Shown in pieces: positions 23,520 to 35,120 of a stretch of DNA of 64,000 nt (positions within the stretch are counted from its first letter, which is position 1; every line of letters begins with the position of its first letter). The notes under the pieces are model-generated. The model saw only the letters and a list, made by a program, of their open reading frames with translations. It searched no databases and was not told the DNA's origin. Location: assembly GCA_001600695.1 (NCBI GenBank), contig BCKQ01000002.1, positions 360,890 to 424,889 on the forward strand, in the 5' to 3' direction. This DNA is from Ascoidea asiatica JCM 7603. Lineage: Eukaryota; Fungi; Ascomycota. The position numbers were made by a program, and so were the translations under genes.

Positions 23520-24789
23520 TTGAGATTTATTCAACAATAACAATAAAAAATAATAGATATTTTGGTATATTATTTTGACATAAATTGCTAGGAATTGATA
23601 TGAATTGATATGAAATGAGAATGAATATATTTATTTTGAACAGGACAAGAAAGTTCTGAGAGGGATGTATCTAAGATATTTATATCTTCAAATAAAAAAA
23701 AAACGAATGAATAGCTTCCAGTTACTAAATTTTTCAAAAAAATCATTTCAATAAAAAAATATCAAATAGTAAAAGAATTATGAAAGATAAAAAATTTTAG
23801 TTCAGATTTGTATGTGGTTTTTACTTTACATTCTAATAAATTCTATGGATATAAGTGGACTAAGTAATATCAATAAAAAAGAATAAAAGATAATAAGGTT
23901 ATGGCAAGCAAGTATTAGTTCCAGAGTGCTATCAGCTAATTTTCACTCTCTAAAACAGGGGACACAGCTGTGCAAAGGTGCACAATTCCCTCAAGCGCGC
24001 ATTTTCTGGCTCAGCACATACACAAACACTCGCAAAAAGCAGTGGGCAAGCGAGATCTTGGAGTGCGGTACCGTCCCGGTGGTGAGAAGCAAACAAGGGA
24101 CCTCAAATTACTGCGCGGTTGTTGCACAACTTTGGCACATCTTTTGTAGAAACACTGCGCAATGTGTGCTATTGTTGCTATTTCCACACCCAGAACCACA
24201 ATCGCCAGCAATGCAAACCACCAGAAACAGCATCACCACCACCAGCTTCAGAAGCACGTTATTCTCTTATCAACGTTTCAATGGCTTGCCGATGTTTCAA
24301 TCTCAATATCCGTTGCTTTAGCTTCCGGAAAAGAGCAGGGTAACACTACACATAAGCCCATAGTCCGCAGCAGCCGGCGAAACCACGCACCACTTCTGCT
24401 ATGACACTTTTTCCTGCTTTGGATCCTCGACGTTTGAGTTGTTTTAAATTTGCATGTGCAAAGCGTTGTAATATATTTCACGTGATATTACTTTTAAAAC
24501 CGCCATTTTTCTTTGTTTCTCACTAAATCTTCCTTTATCAATCATGAAAAACATCAGCCCCAATATTGTTCCTGTTAGGGTAGTATTTTTACCCTCGGTT
24601 GAAAAGGAAATCTCGACCATTGCTGCTCTTTCAGGATACCGATAAGGATGGTGCAAATACTGAATATACTGACTGTATGTTAATTTGATTTAAATAATAT
24701 CCCCAGATACTGTATAAAATCATTGTTTTTTTTTAATTGAAATTAATTTAATACTCAATAGATGAAAATATTGACATTTTATATCAGAA

Positions 24790-25149
24790 ATGAATAATTC
24801 TTTTCCAAAATGGATGAAAGAATCTGGTTTTCCTCATTTTATTATTTTACAAGATATTTTTTTTAAAGTAAATTCAAATAATGGTCAAATTTATCAAGAT
24901 TTAAAATTTGTACCTGATATTCAAGTTCATTACAGATTTATTGATGATATCGATGATCATAATGATCCCAATGATCTCAATGATGAAGATAATAATAATA
25001 ATCATAATCATAATAATGATGAGGATTCAAATATAATTATCATAGATTTTGATAAAGATGGGAAAACTATAAATAATATATCTTCATATTCTGATAATTG
25101 GCAATTAGTTTCTTTAAATTCTTTAAATTCTATTGATTCTCATATATTC

Positions 25150-25180
<31 letters not shown>

Positions 25181-25443
25181 TAAATAATGTTAATACAATA
25201 AATAACATAAGTAATAACACAAATGATAGTGATATACTAATACTCAATGGAATCTCATCCATCAATAATTCTGATGAATTTAACTTATTCAATAATACTA
25301 CCAAAGACAATCAAATCAATAATCAAATAGATAATCAATTAGATAATCAATTAGATAATGAAAATATTGATTCAAAATTAAATAATGCGATAAATTTATT
25401 CAATATAAAAAATAATATTTTATCTCAAATATCAAATTTATAA
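24790..25443 (+). CDS. ATG31: Autophagy protein Atg31-like
   Basis: Block order P..VHY.F.DD / acidic linker / NIIIIDFD.DG...ISS.SDNWQL / C-terminal helix LNNAINLFNIKNNILSQIS resembles Atg31; length is similar. Confidence 0.65.
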
Positions 25444-25570
25444 TATATACATTATATATATTCATAACATACAGTACTATAACATAACTTAAAACAATAA
25501 AATAAAAATAATAATATAACAATAATAACGATATTCAGATAATATAATTAATCCATATCCTCTTTTTAAT

Positions 25571-28330
25571 TCATAAATGAATACTTAAAACATCTGTTTG
25601 AGAAAATTGTTTGGCACATATTGGACATTTTCTTAATCTTGCTTGAATTCTTTCTTGAACACATCTATTACAAAATACATGTCCACAAACTTTTATTGCT
25701 GTATTTTTCCAATTTTTTGAACAAACCGAACATTTAGCTATTAACTTTAATGCTCGGATTTCTTCTTCTTCATTATAATCTTTATCATTATCATTATTAT
25801 AATTATCATCACCTTTATCATTATCAATATTTTTCTCTTTATTATTTTCTCCACTATTTCCATTTATTATTCCATTTGAATTTATTATATTTACATCTTT
25901 AAAGTTTTTCAATTTTATTTCATAACTTTCTTTTATTTCTTTTAATTTTTTATTTTCTTCATTTAATTTAAAATTATTTTCTTTAATTTTAATAAAATTT
26001 TCTGAAAATTCTTCAAAATTTTTTTCTTTAATTAAATCATAACTTTTTTTAATAATTTCAAAATTTTCTTTTGTAAATTTTAATTCTTTTGATAATTCTT
26101 CAATTTCATCATTTTTATCTTTTAAAATTTCATTAATTTTCTTAAGAATTTCATTTTCAATATCTTTACTTTTATCATTTAAATTTTTTTCAATTCCTTT
26201 AAATTGTTGAATAATTTCATTTAATTTTAAATTTTGTTGTTTTAAAATTTTATTTTCATTACCTAATGAATCCTTTGATCTCATTGCTTGAAAATATTTT
26301 TGATCTGCTTTAATTTTTTCAACTTTTAATTTATTAATTAATGAATCTGTTTCAATATATCCTTTTAATTTTTTTGTTTGTAATCTCATCATTGTATTAA
26401 ATTCCTTTTCAACTTCTTTCAATTCATTGATTAATATAATATTTTGTTCTTTTAAATTTATTGAATTTTTTTCATTTTCATTTTCATTATCATTAACATT
26501 TTCAGTATTATTTTCATCATATATTTTTTTTCTTGATTCAATTGGATTTTTTTCTAAATTTTCAATTCTTTCTTTTAAAATTGCAATCGTATTTTTTAAT
26601 TCTTCCATTAATTCTTCACCATTTTTATTTTTAAGAATAGTGATTTTAGACAATAAATCATCTCTTATTGATCTTATTCTATTTAAATCATTTTCTGATT
26701 TTTCTAATTGATCTCTTAAATTTTTATTTTCTTTATTTAATATATTATCAAATGAATTTTTTAAATCTAGTTTTTCTTTTTCAACTTCTTTTAATTTTAT
26801 GATTAAATTATCATTTAATTCTTTCATTTCATTGAATTCTTTGAGTTTTAAATCATAAGAATCTAATAAATTTTTATATTTAATAGAATTTTCAATTAAA
26901 GCAGAAGTTTTTTTATTATCACTTGAATTTAAATCTAAATTTAAATCTAAATCAATATTTTTTAATAAATGATTCAATCTTGTATTTTCTTTAAATAATA
27001 ATTTTAAATTATCTCTTAAAAGCTCATTATCTTTATTTAAAGAAGAATTTTTTGAGTTTAATTCCTCAATTTTTTCATCTTTTATTTTCTGATTTTCAAG
27101 ATCTTTTAAATGATCATTATCATTTCTTGTTTTATTCCCATTATCATTATCGTTATCATTGGCATTATCATCCAAATCAAGTACAATGTCATTATCATCA
27201 AAGTCTTCACTATCATTCTCTTCAATAATTTTTGAAACATTATCTTCACTTTTAATTTGTTTATTGCTAGTATTATTACTATTCTTACTATTTTTACTAC
27301 TAGAACTGTTTTTGGTATTATTTAAGTTATTTAAATCAACAGAATTTATTTGATCATCTTGTTTTAATATACTTTCATCAGTCCTTTTTAAAGTTATACT
27401 TTTTTTTCTTTCAATTTGTCTATTTAAAATCTGTAATTGTTCACTTAATCTTTTCATTGATTTTTTTAAAAAAGAGTTATTATCAACTAATAAATCATTT
27501 TCAGATTTTAATAGAGATAATTTTTTAGATAATGAAGATATTTTTAACTGATAGTTATTTAAATCATGATTATTATTAGTATTATTGTTATTATTATTAT
27601 TATTGTTATGGTTATTTATAGATAATTTTATCAATGGAATTATTATCTTATTTATTATATCAGTTCGCAAATTAAGATAATTTTTAATCTCCTTACTTAT
27701 CTCTACATCTTTTTTAGAATTATTGTGAGTATTACTACAATTATTATTGTTATCGCTATCCGTTTCATTATTATTTTTGTTATCTGAATTTTTGAGTTTT
27801 TTATTATACTTACTCAAAGGAATCTCCACTAAGAAATTATTTTCTTCGGTTTCATCTTTAACATTATCATTTTCATTATCGATATTCTCTGAATCATTGA
27901 ACTTAATTTTGTTATTCAGAATTTTAAATTTTTTTAAAGAAGAGGGTAAAGATAAAGATTGAAATAAATCAATTATATTTCGCCACCACGAATCTAGTAA
28001 AGATAAATTTATTCTTACTTCAGAATAATCTGAATTAAGTAAATCTAATTGTGATTTTATGAGATTATAGTTTTGTTTATATGAAGACATTTTACGAAAT
28101 ATTGCTTCTTTTTGAAAATAAACAACATCTTCTTGAGTTAAAGGACCATCAGTAGATAAATGATCTAATACCTTTCTCTTTTTATGAAGAACAGATTTAT
28201 AGTTATGGCTGCTATGATTATCATTATTACCAATAAAGTTTTTATTATTTCTTAATTTAATGGAATCTATTGAGTCTGAAGAAGAGTGTTTCTTTGATGA
28301 TCTTATTGTACTACTGGAGTCAGACATCAT
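25571..28330 (-). CDS. BRE1: E3 ubiquitin ligase for histone H2B
   Basis: GPLTQEDVVYFQKEAIFR, EKIKADQKYFQAMRSKD, long coiled coil and C-terminal C3HC4 RING. Confidence 0.96.
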   Translation of the reverse strand: MMSDSSSTIRSSKKHSSSDSIDSIKLRNNKNFIGNNDNHSSHNYKSVLHKKRKVLDHLSTDGPLTQEDVVYFQKEAIFRKMSSYKQNYNLIKSQLDLLNSDYSEVRINLSLLDSWWRNIIDLFQSLSLPSSLKKFKILNNKIKFNDSENIDNENDNVKDETEENNFLVEIPLSKYNKKLKNSDNKNNNETDSDNNNNCSNTHNNSKKDVEISKEIKNYLNLRTDIINKIIIPLIKLSINNHNNNNNNNNNTNNNHDLNNYQLKISSLSKKLSLLKSENDLLVDNNSFLKKSMKRLSEQLQILNRQIERKKSITLKRTDESILKQDDQINSVDLNNLNNTKNSSSSKNSKNSNNTSNKQIKSEDNVSKIIEENDSEDFDDNDIVLDLDDNANDNDNDNGNKTRNDNDHLKDLENQKIKDEKIEELNSKNSSLNKDNELLRDNLKLLFKENTRLNHLLKNIDLDLNLDLNSSDNKKTSALIENSIKYKNLLDSYDLKLKEFNEMKELNDNLIIKLKEVEKEKLDLKNSFDNILNKENKNLRDQLEKSENDLNRIRSIRDDLLSKITILKNKNGEELMEELKNTIAILKERIENLEKNPIESRKKIYDENNTENVNDNENENEKNSINLKEQNIILINELKEVEKEFNTMMRLQTKKLKGYIETDSLINKLKVEKIKADQKYFQAMRSKDSLGNENKILKQQNLKLNEIIQQFKGIEKNLNDKSKDIENEILKKINEILKDKNDEIEELSKELKFTKENFEIIKKSYDLIKEKNFEEFSENFIKIKENNFKLNEENKKLKEIKESYEIKLKNFKDVNIINSNGIINGNSGENNKEKNIDNDKGDDNYNNDNDKDYNEEEEIRALKLIAKCSVCSKNWKNTAIKVCGHVFCNRCVQERIQARLRKCPICAKQFSQTDVLSIHL

Positions 28331-29267
28331 ATATATTTATACAGTATATATATATATATTTGAATATATATGATTCTGAAGTTAAAGTCACTCTTTTTGA
28401 TTAAATGATTAAATAGAATGTTTCAATTGACCTTTGTTAACTTTTTAATATTTTAATAATCTTTATTTAGTAATTCTACAACTTATTGAAATATTTTAGT
28501 GTTTTGATTTTAAAATTTACAGGTTAAGATATATTATTTTTATTAAATTCAAGTTCGTTTGATATTTAACAACGCCAGCGCCAACACGAACGAAAAAACA
28601 GTGAAAAAGAGAAAACAAAAATAACGTGAAAAATCTGCGTGAAAAAACGAAAAAAACAAAAACACGGAAAGTCACGCACTTTGTAGCCACAACGGTCACG
28701 TTTCAGGAAGTCCACACTTTTGGCTTTCGGAATGGGATAATCAGAAAAAAATATATCTTCAATCTTCAAAGGTTTTTTTTTTTTGATGAGACTACAGTTG
28801 AAATGAGATGAAATGAAATTGAAATTCACTGGATCTCGATGTTTGGATATAAAAAGTATTTGCTATTAATAAAGCTGTATAAGGAGGAAAGAAATTCAAT
28901 GCTGGGAGTACAATATAAAATAGAGGAAAAATAATTGAAAGGAAAAAAAAGAGTAGGGAATTTAATATAAGAAAAACATGAGTCATAAAATAAATTGAAA
29001 ATTGATTTGACATTAAAGCAAAATATTGAAAAAAAAATATATAAGAAAAAAAGTGATTGATAAGATATTATTAGAATTGAATATAATATCAATTGAGGAG
29101 TACATTGAATTTGAAAGTAATTTGAAAAAAAAATACTTATTCTATAAGGAAGAAGAGCTTTTTTTCAGTCAATAAAATTTTAATAAATAATTGATACCAA
29201 ATATTATAAATATAAATACAAAAAATGAAATGAAAAAATAAAGAGTAGAATGAAAAAAAAATTATGA

Positions 29268-31256
29268 TTATCCTCTATAAGTATCCGGTGCCCAATCTAA
29301 TCCAGCACGTTCATATACTTTCATTTGAACACTTTTCCATAAAGTTGATTCTTCTTCTTCTGATAAAATTCCAGGTTTTGATTCAAATTTTGAGTTGATA
29401 ATCTTATTATTATTATTATTATTATTATTTTTATTGGGAATTTGATTTTGATGATCATCTTTTAATGAATTTGCAGTATGGATTAAAACTCTTCTTAATA
29501 AGGATGTATTAGTTTTGTCTTTTAATTGATTATGATTATTATTCTTAAGATTATTATCTGTAGTATTAGGATTAATATTATTATGATTCATTTTTATTTT
29601 TTGTTTTTTATACATAGAACATAATTTTTTAAAATCATATCTACATTGAGCTTCAACTGCTAAATTTAATAAATAATTTTCAATAATATTTCTCCATTCA
29701 TGTTTTTCTAAAATATTAAAACTTTCAGAATTAAAAATTTCAATTTCTGAATAACCAGAATTTTTCATTTTATTATAAACTAATTCTTTATGTTTATTTC
29801 TAGCACCAATAATTGTAAATTTTGCAGCCTGAATTTTTAAATTTTTATTTAATTTTGCTTCTTTATAAATATCACTTGTTATTAAAGTATTTAAAATTTC
29901 TTCATCTGTTGAATTTAAAGGTAATAATTGAATTCTAAAACCGGGAGGTGCATAAATTATTGGAATTTCATTATTCCATTCTGGTTTTAATTTTTCTAGA
30001 ATTAATAAAGATCTTAAATCATTTAAATCCCAATCAATTAATTCTCTCATTGTAAAAGATGGTCTACCATTTGGTAATAAGTTAACAAAAAATTGAGGTA
30101 AATACATATCTTCAAATGATATTGGTAAAGCTTCTTGAACGGTTATTATTGAACTTGGAAAAATATCCATTGAATTCATATTTAAATTATTAACAAAATT
30201 GTTAATATTATTGTTAATATTATTATTTATATTATTATTTATATTATTATTTAAATTAATATTATTTAAATTATTATTATTATTGAAACTATTAGTATAT
30301 GAAGTGATTGTAGTTGGTTGAGTGGAATAAGTTTGATTTGATTGATAAGAATTTGTTGATTCTAGATTTGATGATGATGAAGTATCAGATGAATTACCAG
30401 AAACAATTGAATTAGTTGAGTATCTTGAAAGAGAACCTGATTGGGTTGAGTTATTCGTTTGAATATTAGATTGATTTTGATTATTATAATCATATTCATC
30501 CATAACTATATCCAGATCTTGATTCTGAGTTATATTGTAATTTTGATTTTGATTTTGATTTTGAATCTGATCTTGATATTGATATTGGTATTGATATTGA
30601 TCTTGAATATCATTCTGTATATTTATTGATTGAGGTTCAATATCCAATATAGAGTTATTATCATTATAATTATTATGATTATTATTTGATTGAATAGATA
30701 AATGAGATTTTGAAGTTTTATTTTTTAATTTATTTAAGGTATTTGAGAAAAACTGTCTATGTTTCTTTTTCTGTGGAGATGATGAAGAATCCGAATTTAT
30801 AGATGTACTTGAATTTGATTTAGAAGAACTTGTAGATTTATTAGATTTTAATGATTTATCAGACTTATTTGATTTATTTGATTTATTAGATTTATTAGAT
30901 TTATTTGACTTATTAGATTTATTTGAATTTATAGATTCATTTGACTTACAAGACAGAGAACTTTGATTTGAATGAACTCTTTTTAAATGTGGTTTATTAT
31001 TTTTATTATTTGATAAATGTAAATTATTCTGTAAGTTATTTTGTAAATTATTTTGTAAATTATTTTGTAAATTTGATTGAAGACTTGATTGAGAACTTGA
31101 AGAAGATAAATCATTTGCAGTATAACTAAAAGCTAAAGGAGAATTACCATGTTTTAATTTTGAACCAAGTTCTTTTTGAATTTGACGACGAGCATTAGAA
31201 GTATATTCTTTTGGTGCTTGAAAGTCGATTTTAAAATTGTATGGTGGTACATACAT
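29268..31256 (-). CDS. STD1: Glucose-signalling Rgt1 co-repressor Std1/Mth1
   Basis: APKEY...AR, LPNGRPSFT.RELIDWDLNDLRSLLI.E.LKPEW, EWRNIIENYLLNLAVEAQCRYDFK and GLDW.PD motifs. Confidence 0.95.
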   Translation of the reverse strand: MYVPPYNFKIDFQAPKEYTSNARRQIQKELGSKLKHGNSPLAFSYTANDLSSSSSQSSLQSNLQNNLQNNLQNNLQNNLHLSNNKNNKPHLKRVHSNQSSLSCKSNESINSNKSNKSNKSNKSNKSNKSNKSDKSLKSNKSTSSSKSNSSTSINSDSSSSPQKKKHRQFFSNTLNKLKNKTSKSHLSIQSNNNHNNYNDNNSILDIEPQSINIQNDIQDQYQYQYQYQDQIQNQNQNQNYNITQNQDLDIVMDEYDYNNQNQSNIQTNNSTQSGSLSRYSTNSIVSGNSSDTSSSSNLESTNSYQSNQTYSTQPTTITSYTNSFNNNNNLNNINLNNNINNNINNNINNNINNFVNNLNMNSMDIFPSSIITVQEALPISFEDMYLPQFFVNLLPNGRPSFTMRELIDWDLNDLRSLLILEKLKPEWNNEIPIIYAPPGFRIQLLPLNSTDEEILNTLITSDIYKEAKLNKNLKIQAAKFTIIGARNKHKELVYNKMKNSGYSEIEIFNSESFNILEKHEWRNIIENYLLNLAVEAQCRYDFKKLCSMYKKQKIKMNHNNINPNTTDNNLKNNNHNQLKDKTNTSLLRRVLIHTANSLKDDHQNQIPNKNNNNNNNNKIINSKFESKPGILSEEEESTLWKSVQMKVYERAGLDWAPDTYRG

Positions 31257-31635
31257 TTTAAATATATGTTTATATCTTGTATTTTTTTATTTATTTTTTC
31301 TTTTGATATTTGATATTTGATATTTGATATTTGATGATTGATATAAATTTTTTGTTTTAGAAAATCTTTTAAATAAAAAGTATTATAATTTAAATAATTT
31401 ATTATATAAAAAGATTTAATATATTTAAATTGATTATAATTAATTGATTGATTGATTGATTAATAGAAAATTTTGAAATAAATAATTGATTGAAATGTTT
31501 TTATTTTTTGTTTGAATAAAATTTGATTTATGATAAAATGAAATAATGATGAAATTAGAAAGAATGAGTATGAATAATAGGAATACTTGTATCAATATAT
31601 TCTAAATCTTACTACTATTGCTAATACTATTACTA

Positions 31636-31637
31636 TA

Positions 31638-31685
<48 letters not shown>
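31636..31685. repeat. (TTA)n microsatellite upstream of STD1
   Basis: About 15 consecutive ATT/TTA units. Confidence 0.9.
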
Positions 31686-32369
31686 GGTTATAACTATTAT
31701 TTGAGTAAATATTTGTGATAAATTTATTATACTGTTGTTTTTAATATATTTGATTATATTAATTTAATTATCAAATCATATCAAATCCAAATATATTGTT
31801 AACAAAGTTAAGGAAAGTAAAAAATAATTAATTTCAATAGTTTAATAACAGTAAAACAGGATCAATTTCAAAAACTTTTTACATACTGTAAAATTACGGT
31901 ATCATTAGATTTATTCCTTTAATATTTACAGTATCACTGTTGTTAATAGTAAAATTGTAAGTAAATTTGTAAGGTGCACGCATTCAGCTGAATGGGTGAA
32001 TTTATTACCAGCTTTTACGGTGAATCTTACACTGCAATCTGAAATATAAGCTCATAGTGTGACGGCAAGAATATTCTATTTCCACAGGGCATTCTTTTTT
32101 CTAGATTCGAGGCTTGGTATTTAAGTGTGTTTTATTGTGTATCTCTTGCTAAGTGCACGTTATTGAAAGATGTGATTATGTTTACTCCCATTTAAAGAGC
32201 AAACTCAACACCCCGTAGATGTGCACTTTCTGCAATGTGGATTTATTTATCTCATTGAGTTAACTGAATTTTCCAGAATTTACCAACAGCAACTGGCTAT
32301 CCTGGCCGGTGTGGTGGATGTTGGAGGCTGGAAAATACTTCCAGCTGTGGCGTGACCGGATTTTCTACT

Positions 32370-33641
32370 CGGATAAAGAACTTAGATAATCCCGCCGATA
32401 TGCTGCCGTCAATACTCGGACGTTGTTCCGCAGGAGAAAGCAGTTTTCAATATGTCCTATTGTCATTTTAGCTGCATAAAATGCTAAATAAAGCCGTGTA
32501 CTGCCTTTATTTGATAATTATTCCGAAGAGTTTATAACTTCGCCATCGATAAGACACCACCTTAACCGAGAAAGGGTGAGAAAGGGTGTGGAGTGCCATA
32601 TATTCCCTTACCATTTGGGAGTTGCTACGGAAAGAAGGAGTTTAAGGTATCTGGTTTTTAACACGTTTTAACCCCAGCTTTTGGAGATAACTGTATTTTC
32701 AATACCAACTAACTAACAAGTATTTTCTCTCAATTGTCGGGTCAAGTTAATCCGAAAATGCCAGAATCGGTTTAACTGCTAACTCCTGGAAATCAATCTT
32801 AATACATTTTAAAGCTCTCATGAAACAAAACGGATTATTTAAAATCCTTAGTCGGTGTTAAATATTGGAAAAATAAAAATTGGTTAAATTTAAGAGCCAA
32901 ACACTAATAATTAATACAAAAAGGAAAATAATATGAACAGTGTACTTTTTACGAATGTTGATTGATATTTGAATTTGTCTTCTTGGCCTTGATTTCTAGA
33001 TTTTTAATAAATTCTTAGTAGGGTTCTAAAATTATGAAACAATTGCTGGCTGATTATTTTCAAGCAAAGAGACAAGAAATGACCTGTGCTGGAATTGGAA
33101 TATTTTAACCTTACAAAACAACAAAAAATACTTGGCAAAGTGTAGCACGTGATATTACTTGGAATTAAATATACAATACCCACGCAGTGTACAAATTATG
33201 TGTGTGTGCAATTTAGTTTTGGGGAGCAGTAATGTAATTTGGCTACTTTATCCGTATTGGATCAGCTTAACAACACAAAACAACAACACAGGCGTACCGA
33301 AAGACTGGTTTTGCCGTATCTGTGCCAGAGGGTAAACACCAGGTGACACCAGGTGACTCCAGAGGCACCCCCCTCTCCAGAGAGGGTAATCCTGCTCCTT
33401 TTTCTGCTAACGTTACAGTGAATGGATTGCAAACACTGCAACGGGTCGTAAATGGGAAAGATAACTGGGATTCGTAATTAACTTAACTTTAAAAAGGTAA
33501 TAGCATTATGGAGATCTTCATTGGCAGAGAAATAGTGCCAAGCAGTACCTGGCGGTGTGGCTGCAGCCCTGATCCTTGCCAACGTTCTTTCGGCCCGCTT
33601 TTCCTTGCGACGCCCAACGGCTCGTTCACTGGCTTTATCCG
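32370..33641. promoter_or_regulatory. Cluster of Rgt1-type CGGANNA sites plus one Mig1-type site in the STD1/SMP-30 divergent promoter
   Basis: CGGANNA or its complement at 32370, 32424, 32519, 32748, 32831, 33248 and 33635; AAAAGCTGGGG on the minus strand at 32672-32682. Confidence 0.55.
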
Positions 33642-33950
33642 CGGTGCAGGTAACTTACCAGGAGAACTGTTCAACCTGAATGTTGGTTTCAAACTCTCAA
33701 ACCTCTCGAATCTTAAGATTATACTAAGTGTAATCTACTATATACTGTATTTATTTCTTACTTATCAAAATGGCAACTCCTATTCTGTTAATCAAACAGT
33801 TTTCAATATTCATTACTTTGATATATTTATATTTTATTCTTAAAATTGCTGTTTTTTTATTGTCTTTTATAAATTGTATTATTTTTCTTTAGTTATTTAT
33901 AATTAAAAAAAGAAAGATATTCATTTATTTATTTAATTAATTTTATTAAA

Positions 33951-35120
33951 ATGAGTGAAAAATTTATTAGAAAATATATAAAATCTCCTATATTTTTTTT
34001 AAAATTAGGTATAAATTTAATTATTGATAAATGTATTACAAGAATTTTAAAATTTTTTAAATATGATAATATTCTAAATCAAAATAAAGGATTTTTATAT
34101 TTAAATTCTTATAATCAAAAAAAATTTGGTTTACCATTTTTTAATTTTAAAGATCAAAAATTAGGTGAATCAATTTTATATAATCCAAATAATAGAAAAT
34201 TAACTTGGATTGATTCTTTTACTGGTGATATTCAAAGATTAACTTTATTAGAAAATAGTTCAGAAATTGAAATTTATTCAGAATCTGATAAATTAAAAAT
34301 CTTACAATCTCATGAAATTTTTAATGTTGGTGAAAGAATTGGTTCAATTTTTTTAACAAAAGATGATGATATTTTATTAGCTGCTTGTAATAAAGGTTTA
34401 GGTTTAATTGATTTAAAGAAAAAAAAATTTATTCCAAATATTATTGAAATTTTAACTCAAGAAGAATCAATTACTTTAAGATTAAATGATGGTATAGTTG
34501 ATCCAAATGGTAATATATTTGTTGGTTCAATTCAAATTAATTGGAGTTTAAAAACAATAATTTCTGCTCCATGTTCTTTATATTTTATTAATTGTAAAAC
34601 TAAAAAAGTTACAAAAGTTCAAGATTCTTTAACAATGTCAAATGGTTTAGCTTTTTCAAAAGATCAATCAAAATTATTTCTTGTAGATACTTTGGATTTT
34701 AAAGTTTATCAATATAATTATGATAATAAAACAAATAAAATTTCAAATAAAAAAACTTTTATAGATATTTCAAAATATTATCCTGGTAGATTAATTGGTC
34801 CTGATGGACTTTGGATATCTGAAAATGATGATTTATTTATTGCAATTTGGGGAGGTTCAGAAATTATAAGATTTAATAAATTTGGTAAATTAATTGAAAC
34901 TTATCATTCTGATTTAACAAAAAATATTTCTTGTCCATTTTTAGGTGGTGATAAAGGTAATGAATTATTTGTAACAACTGTTAATCCTGTTTTAGATTTT
35001 GTTAATGATGTTGTCCCTAATGAATTTGATGGTTCAATCTTTAGACTTAGATTACCTGAATCAATTAAAGGTCAAAAGAAAAATATTTGGCAAGGTTCAA
35101 TAAATCCAGATGATTATTAA
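33951..35120 (+). CDS. SMP-30/gluconolactonase/regucalcin family beta-propeller (YBR053C-like)
   Basis: LGES..Y......L.WID, RLNDG.VDP.G, SNGLAFS.D, GPDGL and SCPFLGG....LFVTT motifs. Confidence 0.92.
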   Translation: MSEKFIRKYIKSPIFFLKLGINLIIDKCITRILKFFKYDNILNQNKGFLYLNSYNQKKFGLPFFNFKDQKLGESILYNPNNRKLTWIDSFTGDIQRLTLLENSSEIEIYSESDKLKILQSHEIFNVGERIGSIFLTKDDDILLAACNKGLGLIDLKKKKFIPNIIEILTQEESITLRLNDGIVDPNGNIFVGSIQINWSLKTIISAPCSLYFINCKTKKVTKVQDSLTMSNGLAFSKDQSKLFLVDTLDFKVYQYNYDNKTNKISNKKTFIDISKYYPGRLIGPDGLWISENDDLFIAIWGGSEIIRFNKFGKLIETYHSDLTKNISCPFLGGDKGNELFVTTVNPVLDFVNDVVPNEFDGSIFRLRLPESIKGQKKNIWQGSINPDDY

